A stretch of 64,000 bases of DNA from Anaerohalosphaeraceae bacterium (GCA_050309605.1 JBNRMN010000092.1:17928-81927), one strand, 5' to 3'. Numbered from the stretch's first letter, positions 1-12,089 are shown. Notes: generated from the letters alone by a model not told the origin. Program-made: numbers and translations.

Positions 1-877
1 ACGCCGGAAACAGGAACCAAAATGCATTGAGAATCCGACGCATGTCCTCGGCCTGCGCATCAAAGAGCATACTCCGCAGCCAGCCGCGAAGCACCTGCGA
101 TGCCATTTTGCGGAAACTGTCCAGCCGTCCATATCGCTCGGCCAGGGTCAGATGGCGACCGATCAGCTCGATATAATGGTCGGCATTGACGCGGCGTTTG
201 GAGATGCTCTGCGGCACGGCAAGATGATAAATCGCCGTCGGCTCGGCGACGTAACCGGCCATCGGTTCCAGATAGGCCACGCGCCACCACATATCCAGGT
301 CGTTGGCCTTGGGCTGTTCTACACGGAACAATCCCGCCTCAAGCAGCACGGTCTTTCGAATCAGCATCGTGTCGGTATGCCCCCCCAGCCCGCGGCTGAA
401 GGTCAGCAGATAATCCGGCGTGATCATCCCGTCGATGAGCCATTTTCGCGCCTTGTCCGGTCGGATATACGGCGCCTGCCGGTTCTCGGCGCAGGAGCAT
501 GTCAGGTAATTGCCCGTCACCCAGCCCAGATTCGGATACCGCTCCATAATCGCCGTTTGCAGGGCCAGCCTGGTCGGCAGCCATTGGTCGTCGGCGTCGA
601 GCAAGGCGATCCATTCGCCCCGTGCGGCACGAATACCGGTATTGCGCGCCGCCGACGCACCGGCGTTGGCCTGTTCTATCAGCCGCACCTTATCGCCGTA
701 AGACCGCACAATCCGGGACGTGCCGTCGGTTGAGCCGTCATCGACCACAATAATCTCCTCAGGCGGGCGCGTTTGAGCCAGCACGCTGTCAATCGCCCGC
801 CCGATATGAGCGGCGATGTTATACGCCGGAATGACGACGCTGATGTCCAATTGATTGCCGGGGCCTAATGTGTTCAT
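1..877 (-). CDS. Glycosyltransferase family 2 (runs off window start; 3' end missing)
   Basis: Hand translation from ATG at 877: MNTLGPGNQLDISVVIPAYN...IIVVDDGSTDGT...ARNTGI...WIALLDADDQW. Paralog of 2165..3103. Absent from ORF track because no stop lies in the window. Confidence 0.9.
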   Translation of the reverse strand, partial: MNTLGPGNQLDISVVIPAYNIAAHIGRAIDSVLAQTRPPEEIIVVDDGSTDGTSRIVRSYGDKVRLIEQANAGASAARNTGIRAARGEWIALLDADDQWLPTRLALQTAIMERYPNLGWVTGNYLTCSCAENRQAPYIRPDKARKWLIDGMITPDYLLTFSRGLGGHTDTMLIRKTVLLEAGLFRVEQPKANDLDMWWRVAYLEPMAGYVAEPTAIYHLAVPQSISKRRVNADHYIELIGRHLTLAERYGRLDSFRKMASQVLRGWLRSMLFDAQAEDMRRILNAFWFLFPA

Positions 878-959
878 ACTGTGATAAATTATAATCAGAT
901 GAATCGAAACACAAACAAAAAACCCGATTCGAACGGCACTGACAATTTGATACAGGCTA

Positions 960-2168
960 CTAATGTTCCGGCTTGCCCGTAACGTCTGTCGAAGGCGTTT
1001 TGGCGACAGTCTCTGCCGCCGCGACGATGGAACGGCCGATCTTGTCCCACGTGTATTTTTCACAAAACAGCGTCCAGGCTTCATCGGCCAGTTGATGTCC
1101 CCGCTCAGGCTGATCGGACAACATCAGACAGTATTCGGCAAACTTTTGCGGCTCATCGGCCAGCAGAAAATGCCGCCCGTGCTCACCCTGAATACCGTAA
1201 GCTCCGATGGAAGTGGCCACGACCGGACAGCACTTGCTAAAAGCGTCCAGTATTTTGATTCGTGTTCCTCCGCCGTAAGGAATCGGCACAATCATCGCCG
1301 ACCAGCGCTGGATTTCTTCAGTCGGGTCGTCAATATACCCCACATAGTCAAACCCCTCTGCACGGATAAGATCATTGTCTGACGGGATGCGCCCCACAAT
1401 GCGCAGGCACATATTCGGTTTTTCCCGACGAATCAAAGGCCATATCCGATCACGGAACCAAATCAGACCGTCGCGATTTGGCCCATAGGCCAGATGGCTG
1501 ATAAATCCCAAACGCAGGGGGTCGGGCGGTCCGCAGGTCGGTTTTTCGGCGGGCAAAATAAATCCGTTTGGCACGACCGCGATTTTGTCGCCGCCGCCGA
1601 GCAGTTGTTTGTCCTGCTCACTGCACACGACCACCGCCGCATATCGCTTCAGGGCCTCACGTTCCAGCCGTTTCCATTTGTACGACTGGACGTGGGCGGA
1701 CAGCCGAAAACGCAGCGTCGTCTGAATCCGGGCGCTCTGTTCGTATTTGCAGTGATTCAGGTCGTCCAGATCCATAACCATACGCGCGGTGCGGGGCAAT
1801 GAAAACGGCTGGGCCGCACCCAGCGTATGAAACCAGATAATGTCGTGCTCTGCGGCCAGCGTATCAAACAAGGCCTGCCCCTGCCGGTCAGCACGGATCC
1901 CGCAAAGCGTCGGCCAGTGCATATGAAACTTGCGAAGCAGTTCGCCCCGGCGTTTCGGAAAATCGGTATAAGACCTCAAAATAATTTGATCAAAGCGGGA
2001 GAACTCCTGCCGGCATACGTTGACCGAATCCGAATCGAACTGCCGGTTGACCGCCAGCATCGTTACCTGGCCGCAGGACTTAAGCTGACGCGCGATATGG
2101 ACGGTTCGCTGCATACACCCGGCATGGGGCGGCGCGATCAGGGCTTTGGTGACATAGAGAATCTTCAT
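960..2168 (-). CDS. Glycosyltransferase family 4 (GT-B)
   Basis: MKILYVT N-terminus, VVPNG, GGGTRIKILDAF..PVVATSIGAYG. Start moved to ATG 2168, which overlaps the upstream stop (ATGA). Confidence 0.9.
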   Translation of the reverse strand: MKILYVTKALIAPPHAGCMQRTVHIARQLKSCGQVTMLAVNRQFDSDSVNVCRQEFSRFDQIILRSYTDFPKRRGELLRKFHMHWPTLCGIRADRQGQALFDTLAAEHDIIWFHTLGAAQPFSLPRTARMVMDLDDLNHCKYEQSARIQTTLRFRLSAHVQSYKWKRLEREALKRYAAVVVCSEQDKQLLGGGDKIAVVPNGFILPAEKPTCGPPDPLRLGFISHLAYGPNRDGLIWFRDRIWPLIRREKPNMCLRIVGRIPSDNDLIRAEGFDYVGYIDDPTEEIQRWSAMIVPIPYGGGTRIKILDAFSKCCPVVATSIGAYGIQGEHGRHFLLADEPQKFAEYCLMLSDQPERGHQLADEAWTLFCEKYTWDKIGRSIVAAAETVAKTPSTDVTGKPEH

Positions 2169-3103
2169 GGCTTGCCCCGCACTGCGTTTTTCATCTTGAG
2201 ATAGACATCCACCGACCGACGCAACGAACGCGGCAGCCGCAGCCGCAGAGCTGCTTCCCGACAAAAGCGTTTCGGTAACTGCTGACAATAGCGCTCCAGC
2301 AGCACATGGGCATCGTCGGTTCTGTCTTGCCGGATCAGGTCGCGAATCCAGATCTGGAGCATATGCGCTGCACAGGCCGCAAAGGCGTCGCTGCGATGAT
2401 GTTGTTGCGCCAATGTCCGATGTCGTTCAACCAGCTCAATCATATAATCCACCCGGTCGTTGACTTTCGTGGAACTGGCAGGCGTATCCAGATGATACAC
2501 CGCCAGCGACCGCGGCACATACCCGACCTGCGGAAACTGATAGGCGATGCGAAACCACAGGTCGTTGTCCTGCGCCCGCTTCATCCCCGGCTCAAATCCG
2601 CCGACGGCATCAAATACCGAACGATGAATCATCACCGTGATTGTCGAGATAAAAAACCCCCTGCAATAGGCGGCCAGATAATCCTCAAACACCCGATAGG
2701 CGTCTTCGCATCCCGGATGCGCCACACAATGCGCCTTCCAGTGCGGATGCGCCCATGCCAGACGGGTAAACGACCACTTCAGATGAGGATTGCGATGATG
2801 ACCGTCCGCCTGAAGCCGAAGCTTGTCGGGCATCCACTCATCGTCGGCATCCAGAAACGCAATCCATTGTCCCGTTGCCGCGGCGATTCCGGTATTGCGT
2901 GCAACGCTGACGCCGGCGTTGGGCTGCTGAATCAGCCGCACCGCCTCGCCGAACGTCCGCACTGCCGCGGCCGTGCCGTCGGTCGAACCGTCATCGACAA
3001 CGATGATCTCCTCGGCCGGCCGCGTCTGGGCAAGCACGCTGCGCAACGCGCGGCCGATATGCCGTTCGGCATTCCAGGCCGGGATAATCACGCTGAGTTT
3101 CAT
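2165..3103 (-). CDS. Glycosyltransferase family 2
   Basis: SVIIPAWN, VVDDGSTD, ARNTG, FLDADD (DXD) motifs. Confidence 0.92.
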   Translation of the reverse strand: MKLSVIIPAWNAERHIGRALRSVLAQTRPAEEIIVVDDGSTDGTAAAVRTFGEAVRLIQQPNAGVSVARNTGIAAATGQWIAFLDADDEWMPDKLRLQADGHHRNPHLKWSFTRLAWAHPHWKAHCVAHPGCEDAYRVFEDYLAAYCRGFFISTITVMIHRSVFDAVGGFEPGMKRAQDNDLWFRIAYQFPQVGYVPRSLAVYHLDTPASSTKVNDRVDYMIELVERHRTLAQQHHRSDAFAACAAHMLQIWIRDLIRQDRTDDAHVLLERYCQQLPKRFCREAALRLRLPRSLRRSVDVYLKMKNAVRGKP

Positions 3104-3105
3104 CG

Positions 3106-5340
3106 CTATCCAAACAGAATGCGCAGGATGTCGTTGTAGGTCACCAGCAGCATCAGTGCCAGAATCAACGCAAGCCCGACATACGTAATTGCCGCCTGCA
3201 CCTTTTCGTTGATCGGGCGACCGATGATCTTTTCAATCGCCAGCATCACGATCACCCCGCCGTCCAGCACCGGCAGCGGCAGCAGATTCATCACCGCCAA
3301 AATCGAGCTGAGCAGACCCAGAAAATACAGATAATGAATCAGCGATGAACCGGCAATCGTATAACTGACGCTAATAATGCCGACCGGCCCCATCAGCGAG
3401 GTCGTGGGCACTTCCTGCTTAATCAGCCGGTAGAGCGTCATCAGAGTGCGGATGATGAACTGATGCACTTTCTTGACGCCCATCCCCACGGCCTGAAAGG
3501 CATTGTCGGACTTAAAGGTCACGCGGTAGTCTTCAAACGGCAGCGCCGCCAGTTTTGTATCCAACTGCGCCTGCGCATGGACGGCCCCGCGTTCGGGCAC
3601 AACCATTCCCGTTCCGCCGGCGCACCCCTGCGCGTCGATAAAGTCGATGGGGATACGCTGACCCCGTCTTTCTTTCAAGAGGTTCGCCACGTCATAAAAG
3701 GCTTCTACCGGCAGGCCGTCCACCGCGACGATTCTTGCGCCGGGCGGCAACTGCGGCTGTGCGGAGCCGGAGCCTTCTTCAATCACATGTGCGACAATCG
3801 GTTGTTCCATGGCCAGTTCCGGAATAAAACCAATGGTCACCCGATCGCTGCGCGGCACTTCATACGGCCGAACCGTCAACTCCACTTTCTGTAAGTGCCC
3901 CTGTGCATCGGGACGCAGCACGGTCAGCGGCAAGTCTTTGCCTTTGTGGGCCGTAGTCACCTCGCGAAGGTCCTGAAAGTCGGGATAATCAATGTCCGCC
4001 ACACGAATCAGGATATCGCCGGCAGCCAGTTTCCCGTTGGTCTGATTGTCGTCATCCGGCGCATCAGCTCGAAACAGGCTCTTGAGACCCTCAATCAGCC
4101 GCTCAAACAAACCCAGCACCTGAGGCTGTTCCGACACGGCCGCAACTTTCAGACAGGGCCGCAAACCGAAAATATGCGCCAAGTCGAATTCTTCCCGGAA
4201 ATTCGGAACGACCGGATTGATGCGAACCGGAAGCGAAACGGTCTCCAGCGTTCGCGGACTATCGGCCGGCCAGGATCGCGACACCGTCAGCACAGCCGTC
4301 GGCGCCAGTGTTTCGCGGACACGTTCGTTGAATTCCCACGGGGTCCTGACGGTCTGATTGTTGACGGCCTTGATTTCATCGCCCGGACGCAAACCAGTCA
4401 GTTCGTACAGCATGTTGACTTCTTTGGGTTTTTGGGCGATTTTCGGTGAGATGGTCAGCGTATGCGCCGAAGAAATCCCAATCGTCCGCATCCCGGCCAT
4501 TTCGCCGGCCGAGACAGCCGGCTCCTCGGCCACAACGCGAATCGTGTCTTCGCGTCCGCCTTCGCGGCGCACCACCAGTGAGATCGGACGCCCCTTGCCC
4601 GACAGCACCGGCGCCAGCAGCAGCGACTCATAATCAACAAACCGCTCGCCGTTGATCTCCACGATCTCATCGCCCGGACGCAAGCCCGCTTCATAGGCCG
4701 GCGAATTGGGCACGACCTGGCCGACGACCGCCGGAATCAGATCAATGCCGCGCGAAAACAAGGCCATAAACAATAGAATGGCGGCAATGGCGTTGAAGGT
4801 CACCCCCGCGGCCACGACCGCGATCCGAATCCACGTAGGACGGTTCTGGAACGACCGCGGATCGTCCGTCTGTTCAGCCGGGCCGGAATCCGACTGGCCG
4901 AGCATCTTGACATATCCGCCCAGCGGAACCAGACCGATTTGATATTCGGTTTCGCTGTCGCCTTCCTCAAGCGGTTGCCGCTGCCCGATACGAGGCAGAA
5001 AACGAACGCGAAAGCCCTTTTTGAGTTTGCGAATACCGAGGAAAACCGGCGGAAAACCAATCGAAAACGCTTCCACCTTGATGCCGCCCAGTTTGGCCAC
5101 GAGAAAATGGCCCAGCTCGTGAACCATCACCACGCCGCCGAACCCCAGTGCCACCAGCAGCACGGATCGGGCGGCGCTGGGGTTAACGAAGGCAAACACG
5201 ATCAAGGCGACCACCACCGCCGCGAATATCCCCAACTGAACAAACGGATTGGATTCTTTCAGCTCGCTTTGTTCATTGTGTTGCTGCGCGTCCTGCTGGG
5301 ATTCGGGTGGCTGCGGCGTTGTATTTTTTTCTTCGGTCAT
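3106..5340 (-). CDS. rseP: RIP metalloprotease RseP (site-2 protease, M50) with multiple PDZ domains
   Basis: HELGH zinc motif, PLGGYVKM, AGVTFN, NLLPLPVLDGG; directly downstream of dxr. Likely start MTEEK at 5340. Confidence 0.93.
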   Translation of the reverse strand: MTEEKNTTPQPPESQQDAQQHNEQSELKESNPFVQLGIFAAVVVALIVFAFVNPSAARSVLLVALGFGGVVMVHELGHFLVAKLGGIKVEAFSIGFPPVFLGIRKLKKGFRVRFLPRIGQRQPLEEGDSETEYQIGLVPLGGYVKMLGQSDSGPAEQTDDPRSFQNRPTWIRIAVVAAGVTFNAIAAILLFMALFSRGIDLIPAVVGQVVPNSPAYEAGLRPGDEIVEINGERFVDYESLLLAPVLSGKGRPISLVVRREGGREDTIRVVAEEPAVSAGEMAGMRTIGISSAHTLTISPKIAQKPKEVNMLYELTGLRPGDEIKAVNNQTVRTPWEFNERVRETLAPTAVLTVSRSWPADSPRTLETVSLPVRINPVVPNFREEFDLAHIFGLRPCLKVAAVSEQPQVLGLFERLIEGLKSLFRADAPDDDNQTNGKLAAGDILIRVADIDYPDFQDLREVTTAHKGKDLPLTVLRPDAQGHLQKVELTVRPYEVPRSDRVTIGFIPELAMEQPIVAHVIEEGSGSAQPQLPPGARIVAVDGLPVEAFYDVANLLKERRGQRIPIDFIDAQGCAGGTGMVVPERGAVHAQAQLDTKLAALPFEDYRVTFKSDNAFQAVGMGVKKVHQFIIRTLMTLYRLIKQEVPTTSLMGPVGIISVSYTIAGSSLIHYLYFLGLLSSILAVMNLLPLPVLDGGVIVMLAIEKIIGRPINEKVQAAITYVGLALILALMLLVTYNDILRILFG

Positions 5341-5378
5341 ATCAATCCTCAAAACAAATGATGTCTTTCAAAAGACGG

Positions 5379-6560
5379 TTATTTCTGAATCACGGTCTTG
5401 AACGAAGCAGACAGATGCTGCCCCGTGTACTGTCTGGCCCAGGCGTCCGCCGCCATCAATTCCTCAAGCGACAACAAATGGCTTTGGTTCGTGTGTGCCT
5501 CCAGACACTGTTCAATCGAATCCACGATCGCCCCGAATGGAATCCGTCCGGCCAGGAACGCTTCCACCGCCACTTCATTGGCTGCGTTAAAAACCACCGG
5601 CGCCGAACCGCCGCTTCGCGCCGCCTCAAAACCCAGCGTCAACGCGCGAAATTTACTCAGATCCGGCGGCTCAAACGTCAGCTTGCCCAGGCGATCCAGC
5701 CGCAGCCGATCGCATGCGCCTCGGACACGTTTCGGATAGGTCAGGGCATACTGAATCGGTAATTTCATATCGGGGGTGCCGAGCTGAGCGATAACGGAGC
5801 CGTCAACAAACTCCACCATCGAATGCACTACTGATTCAGGATGAATCAGCACATCAATCTTATCCACCGGCAGTCCGAACAGCCAGACCGCCTCAATCAC
5901 TTCCAGCGCCTTGTTCATCATCGAGGCCGAGTCCACCGTAATCTTCGGCCCCATCGTCCAGGTCGGGTGCTCCAGAGCCTCTCGGATGGTCGCCCGACGC
6001 ATCTGCTCCGGGGTTTTGTTGCGAAACGGCCCGCCCGATGCGGTCAAAATCACCTTATCGACCTCGGCCGAACAGCCAGACTGCATCGACTGAAACACCG
6101 CCGAATGTTCGCTGTCCACCGGCAAAATCATCGCGCCGTGTTGCCGTGCCGTTCGGGTCAAAAGTTCCCCGGCAATCACCAGCGGTTCCTTATTGGCTAT
6201 CGCCAGCGTCTTGCCGGCCTGAGCCGCGGCCAGCGCCGCCGGAAGTCCAGCCGCTCCGACCACCGCACACACCACGATGTCCACCTCGTCCAATGAGGCG
6301 ATTTCAACTAAACTGTCCGGCCCGGCCAAAATCTCGCACCCGCCGTTGCCCAGCCGCTCTCGGCAGGCCTGCGCCGCCTGCGGATCGGTCATCGCCGCCA
6401 CGGATGGACGTACCGCCTCAATCTGTTCGCAGAACAGATCGACACGATGATGAGCCGACATCGCCGCGACTTCAAAGGCCGGCTCCAACGCGGATATCAC
6501 CTCAAGGGCGTTGCGGCCGATAGACCCCGTTGAACCCAATATTGCAACTTTTTTTGCCAT
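5379..6560 (-). CDS. dxr: 1-deoxy-D-xylulose-5-phosphate reductoisomerase
   Basis: ILGSTGSIG, LAIANKE, LPVDSEHSA, LTASGGPF, HPTWTMGPKITVDSA. Confidence 0.98.
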   Translation of the reverse strand: MAKKVAILGSTGSIGRNALEVISALEPAFEVAAMSAHHRVDLFCEQIEAVRPSVAAMTDPQAAQACRERLGNGGCEILAGPDSLVEIASLDEVDIVVCAVVGAAGLPAALAAAQAGKTLAIANKEPLVIAGELLTRTARQHGAMILPVDSEHSAVFQSMQSGCSAEVDKVILTASGGPFRNKTPEQMRRATIREALEHPTWTMGPKITVDSASMMNKALEVIEAVWLFGLPVDKIDVLIHPESVVHSMVEFVDGSVIAQLGTPDMKLPIQYALTYPKRVRGACDRLRLDRLGKLTFEPPDLSKFRALTLGFEAARSGGSAPVVFNAANEVAVEAFLAGRIPFGAIVDSIEQCLEAHTNQSHLLSLEELMAADAWARQYTGQHLSASFKTVIQK

Positions 6561-6909
6561 AAACTTTTGATTATCGTAAAAATCGCCTTAAACGTCAAGG
6601 AACCCTTTGGATTCTTGGCCCGATCTGCGGCAACAAAGAAACGGCGATTGTAAAAACAATATCGCCTCAAACAAGACAGTCTAAGTCAAACTCAAAGTCA
6701 AAAATTGCGTATATAATAGATACGTTTAGTTTTAATTTTTTTTCGTCATATTCTATGTTTATCGGGAAAATACTATCAAAGAGCTATAAAAATCCAGAAC
6801 ATTTATGAAAATCAGCAACCGCTATTGTTTTTGAGGTGAATATTACCCATGATAGGCTCTTAGCCTATACGCGCAGAAAACGTGAATAAACAATTTCAGG
6901 AGTTACTTT

Positions 6910-7740
6910 ATGAACAATCAGGTTGCCAAGACGGATTATACCCCATCCCGTAAACCCATACCCGGTTTCACCCTCATTGAGCTTCTGGTCGTGATTGCCA
7001 TTATTGCCTTGTTGTTGTCCATTGTTACCCCTGCGTTGCGCAAGGCCAAAGAGCACGCCCAGCGCGTCATCTGCGGCAGCAACAGTCGTCAGACCGCTAT
7101 CGGGCTGATTACCTATGCCCAGAATAATGACGGCAGACTCATTGAGATCACCAATGATCAGGGCAATCCGAATAATCCGCTGGCCTGGCATAGTGTGATT
7201 GCATACAGTCCAAATAATATGATTTCCGGCACCTCCACTCCGCGTCCGATGCATCTGGCGGTGCTTTATGATCTCGGTCTAATCGGCGATCCGGGCATTT
7301 TTTATTGCCCCTCCCAGCCGCGAACGTCAGATTATCCCATCCCGTATTATTACGATTTCTATACCGATAACGGAACCAGACAGTGGGGGTCTTTCTTTCC
7401 GCAAATTCCAGGCATGTCAGGACATTTATTTGTGCGCACCTCCTACAATTACTGGACATACGATCAAACACGTCTGAATCGTATCGGCAGCCACAGGCCG
7501 TTTCTGGTCGATAATCTGCAGCACTGGAAAGTCATCCCCCATCGACGGGGCAATAATCTTTCCCATCCGCCTCTGGGCGTAACGGCGGTCTATCCCGACG
7601 GCCACGCTGCCTTTGTAACCGACAGCGGAAACTATGTTTTTGACCCGGACATCTGGCAGCCGGATGCCGCCTTTGATAATGGACCGGGAAACCGGCTGGA
7701 TGCTTATCTGACCATCCTGCAGCGGCTTCAGGGCAATTGA
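6910..7740 (+). CDS. Prepilin-type N-terminal cleavage/methylation domain protein (planctomycete DUF1559-like pseudopilin family)
   Basis: GFTLIELLVVIAIIALLLSIVTPAL..AK..AQRVICGSN; internal FYCPS; C-terminal H..GVTAVYPDGH (H-X9-DG-like). Confidence 0.9.
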   Translation: MNNQVAKTDYTPSRKPIPGFTLIELLVVIAIIALLLSIVTPALRKAKEHAQRVICGSNSRQTAIGLITYAQNNDGRLIEITNDQGNPNNPLAWHSVIAYSPNNMISGTSTPRPMHLAVLYDLGLIGDPGIFYCPSQPRTSDYPIPYYYDFYTDNGTRQWGSFFPQIPGMSGHLFVRTSYNYWTYDQTRLNRIGSHRPFLVDNLQHWKVIPHRRGNNLSHPPLGVTAVYPDGHAAFVTDSGNYVFDPDIWQPDAAFDNGPGNRLDAYLTILQRLQGN

Positions 7741-7767
7741 TATTCGGTCTTGTGCCGAGCAATTCGA

Positions 7768-7814
7768 AAAAAGCAAACGCTGCGCACCGCTTCGAGCGGC
7801 ACGCAGCGTTTTTG
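7768..7814. terminator. Bidirectional intrinsic terminator between convergent genes
   Basis: AAAAA..AAACGCTGCG-..CGCT-TCG-AGCG..-CGCAGCGTTTTT inverted repeat with A/T tails. Confidence 0.7.
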
Positions 7815-7843
7815 TCTGGTCTTGTCGTTTCGACCCGTCGTGA

Positions 7844-9118
<1,275 letters not shown>

Positions 9119-9145
9119 TGTGGACTCCTTTAAAGTCAACTCAAG

Positions 9146-10432
9146 TTATATTAGGACAGTTTTACCTGGTATAGCCACCGGTTCGGCGGGTCTGTCGCCG
9201 AAGGTGTAGGAAGGCAAGGTATAATCCAACGTCGAGGCACGCATTGCCCAATCCCATCGAATCGCACGGCCCGTATAGGCGCTCATACGTCCAATGATGG
9301 CGGTCATCGTGCTCTCGGCGATACGTTTGGCGTGATTGACAGGCGAGCCGCTGCGAATCGCCTCGATCAAATCTTTGTGTTCCTGAACCATCGGGTCATT
9401 GCCCTGACCCTGGAAACGGTAGGGGCGTTTTCCGTCCAGGACGCCGGATTCCATACTCAAAATCGCAGTACCGTCTGAGCCGCGGAAAAACTCGCCGATG
9501 CGGTCGGCGCAGCCGTTAATCTGGCGCGACATACTGGTTACCCGCCGATTGCCGGGATACTCAAACTCGACGGTGAAATGATCGTAGATGTTGCCCAGCG
9601 TGCGCACCTGCCGCCCTCCGAGGGCCATGGCCGAGATGGGATGCGCGTCCAGTACCCAGTTGACGACATCGATATTGTGGACATGCTGTTCAACAATGTG
9701 GTCGCCGCTGGTCCATGCGAACCACGGCCAGTTACGACACTGATACTGAATGTCGTCCATATCCTCTCGGTCGTACCATTTCCAGTAACCCAGCATATCG
9801 GCACCGACCCAATAGCAGTTGGCCGAGAGAATCTCGCCGATCTGACCGTCCTGCAGGCGTTTGACGACGTCCAGGTAGAGATTCTGGTGGCGACGCTGAG
9901 TGCCGGCGACAATGGACAGCCCTTTTTGTGCCGCCAGTTCGGCCGATGCAATAACCGACCGAACGCCGGCCGGATCGACTGCCGCCGGCTTTTCTATGAA
10001 GCTGTGTTTACCGGCTTCGACGGCGGCCTTGAGATGGATCGGACGAAAGTGCGGCGGCGAGGCGTCAAGCACAATATCCACCTCACGCATTGCGCACACT
10101 TTTTGATAGGCATCAAAGCCGACAAAGCACGTTTCAGGAGTAACCTTGATGCGAGTGGCGTCGTGTCGTTCTCTAAGCCAATTCAGTGTCTGGCCAAGTC
10201 GATCCTCGAACAAGTCAGCCATCGCAACCAGACGGACATTCGGATCGGCCCGGAAGCAGTCTTCCACCGCGCCGGCTCCACGCCCACCGCAACCAATCAG
10301 CGCAATAGTAAGGGTTTCCGAGCCGGCTGCGAAAACCGCTTCAGGCCTAAACAGCACCGAAGCGGCCGAAGCCGTGGCGGCTCCTTTGACAAACTCTCTT
10401 CGTGACAGGGGCCTTCCAAAAACATTAGCCAT
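9146..10432 (-). CDS. Gfo/Idh/MocA family oxidoreductase, Tat signal (tandem paralog)
   Basis: SRREFVK, LIGCGGRG, FIEKPAA, GDHIVEQHVHNID; CAGGAG RBS before ATG 10432. Confidence 0.92.
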   Translation of the reverse strand: MANVFGRPLSRREFVKGAATASAASVLFRPEAVFAAGSETLTIALIGCGGRGAGAVEDCFRADPNVRLVAMADLFEDRLGQTLNWLRERHDATRIKVTPETCFVGFDAYQKVCAMREVDIVLDASPPHFRPIHLKAAVEAGKHSFIEKPAAVDPAGVRSVIASAELAAQKGLSIVAGTQRRHQNLYLDVVKRLQDGQIGEILSANCYWVGADMLGYWKWYDREDMDDIQYQCRNWPWFAWTSGDHIVEQHVHNIDVVNWVLDAHPISAMALGGRQVRTLGNIYDHFTVEFEYPGNRRVTSMSRQINGCADRIGEFFRGSDGTAILSMESGVLDGKRPYRFQGQGNDPMVQEHKDLIEAIRSGSPVNHAKRIAESTMTAIIGRMSAYTGRAIRWDWAMRASTLDYTLPSYTFGDRPAEPVAIPGKTVLI

Positions 10433-10488
10433 CAACGATTCTCCTGGCAATCAAATTGAATGGTGGCATTCCGGTCATACGACCTGTT

Positions 10489-11136
10489 TCACCGTAACGG
10501 GGTCAGCACGATATTGCGAAACTCAATCGGCGAGCCTTCCGATTGCAGCGCAATCGCGCCGGAAGACGGCCATACATTAAACGCCCGGTTTTGATGCACA
10601 CCGTTGACATACAGATCAATGGTGTCGCCCAGGCAGACTATTTTATAGTGATTCCACTGTCCGGCAGGATGTTCACTGGACGAGTCCTTTTTCGGCACGA
10701 TCCTGAAGATGCTCTCGCCTTCCGGCTGATAACGCACACCGTTGACGGTAATGATCGAGCCGGGCTGAATCGTTACCAAATCGCCGGCGTTTTGGTGTTT
10801 GAGCTGCGCTTCGATGCACTGCGGCCAAATCTTATCCTCGCCGATGGTATGCAGCAAAACGCCGCTGTTGGTCGGCTCTTCGGGCCAGCGCCATTCCAGT
10901 TCAAGAATGTAATCGCTGTAGGATTCGATGGTGCGAATATAGCCCGTCGGCGTTCCCTTGCAGTGCAGCACACCGTCATGAACCGACCAGACCGCCTCCG
11001 GTTCGGCGGCATTGTCCTGCACATACGTTGTCCAGCCATCCAGATTGTCTCCGTTAAACAGGGCGATGCGCTGCGTACAGCCGCCCATCACCAGTGCCGC
11101 CGCCAAACACCCTATACCCGTCAATAATCGCTTCAT
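10489..11136 (-). CDS. DUF1080 / 3-keto-glycoside hydrolase family lipoprotein
   Basis: LVMGGC lipobox-like; LFNGDNLDGW, NSGVLL, GQWNHY, GAIALQSEGSPIEFRNI. Confidence 0.88.
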   Translation of the reverse strand: MKRLLTGIGCLAAALVMGGCTQRIALFNGDNLDGWTTYVQDNAAEPEAVWSVHDGVLHCKGTPTGYIRTIESYSDYILELEWRWPEEPTNSGVLLHTIGEDKIWPQCIEAQLKHQNAGDLVTIQPGSIITVNGVRYQPEGESIFRIVPKKDSSSEHPAGQWNHYKIVCLGDTIDLYVNGVHQNRAFNVWPSSGAIALQSEGSPIEFRNIVLTPLR

Positions 11137-11204
11137 CCTGTGTGTTCTCCTGAAAACCGATCGTGGATCGCTATTCTCTGGCGTCCGTCTTTTGACCTCT
11201 ATCC

Positions 11205-12089
11205 TTACACGTCGCATAGTTTCACCGCCTCGGCCAGCGACCCGAGCGGATCGCGCCGCGGGATAAATTCCTGCCCCACATAGCCGTCAAAGCCGGTCTC
11301 CGCAATGGCCCGCATGATCGCCGGATAGTACAGTTCCTGCGTCTGGTCGATTTCATTGCGTCCGGGCACGCCGGCGGTGTGATAATGCCCGATACAGTCT
11401 TTGTATTCGCGAATCGTCGCAATCACGTCGCCTTCCTGCACCTGCATATGATAGATGTCATACAGCAGTCGGAAGTTGGGCGAGCCGACGCGCCGCACGA
11501 GCTGGCCGCCCCAGTGCGTGCGGTCGCACATATAGTCCGCATGATTGCGTTTGGAGTTGAGCAGCTCCATACAGACAGTCACTTTTTTCTGCTCGGCAAA
11601 CCCGACGATTTCTTTGATGGCGATTTCGCAGTTTTTCATTCCTTCATCGTCATCCATTCCGGCGCGGTTGCCCGAAAAACAGATGACATTGGGAAAACCC
11701 GCCTCGGCGGTTTTTTCAATGCTCGCGCGAATTTGCGCCAGACACTGGGCGTGGTTTTGTGTTCGATTCAGCCCGCGAGTAATGCCGTGGCTGGGCGTCA
11801 TCGCACAAATCAGGCCGTGTTTTTTGAGGATCGGCCACTCGTGCGGCTCAACCAGTTCAATCGATCGAATGCCGATTGAAGCGCAATAGGCTGCAAAATC
11901 ATCCAGTGGTTGATTGCCGAAACACCACCTGCAGACGGATTGTTTGATGCGTCCTTTATGTTCCATAGGCCTCTCTTGTGCAAAAGCGTCTGAACAAGTC
12001 AAGATCCCCGCAACACCGGCCGCCAGACCCGCCGAGGAACCGGCCACAAATCCACGCCGCGTCAAGCCTGTATCTGGCTGCTTTGTCAT
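11205..12089 (-). CDS. Hydroxypyruvate isomerase (Hyi)-like sugar isomerase TIM barrel, Tat signal
   Basis: TRRGFV; MELLN, LLYDIYHMQVQEGD, GHYHTAGVPGRNE, GYVGQEF. Confidence 0.88.
   Translation of the reverse strand: MTKQPDTGLTRRGFVAGSSAGLAAGVAGILTCSDAFAQERPMEHKGRIKQSVCRWCFGNQPLDDFAAYCASIGIRSIELVEPHEWPILKKHGLICAMTPSHGITRGLNRTQNHAQCLAQIRASIEKTAEAGFPNVICFSGNRAGMDDDEGMKNCEIAIKEIVGFAEQKKVTVCMELLNSKRNHADYMCDRTHWGGQLVRRVGSPNFRLLYDIYHMQVQEGDVIATIREYKDCIGHYHTAGVPGRNEIDQTQELYYPAIMRAIAETGFDGYVGQEFIPRRDPLGSLAEAVKLCDV

Noticed and set aside
152..733. 193-aa plus-strand ORF
   Set aside because: Antisense to a clear GT2 gene.
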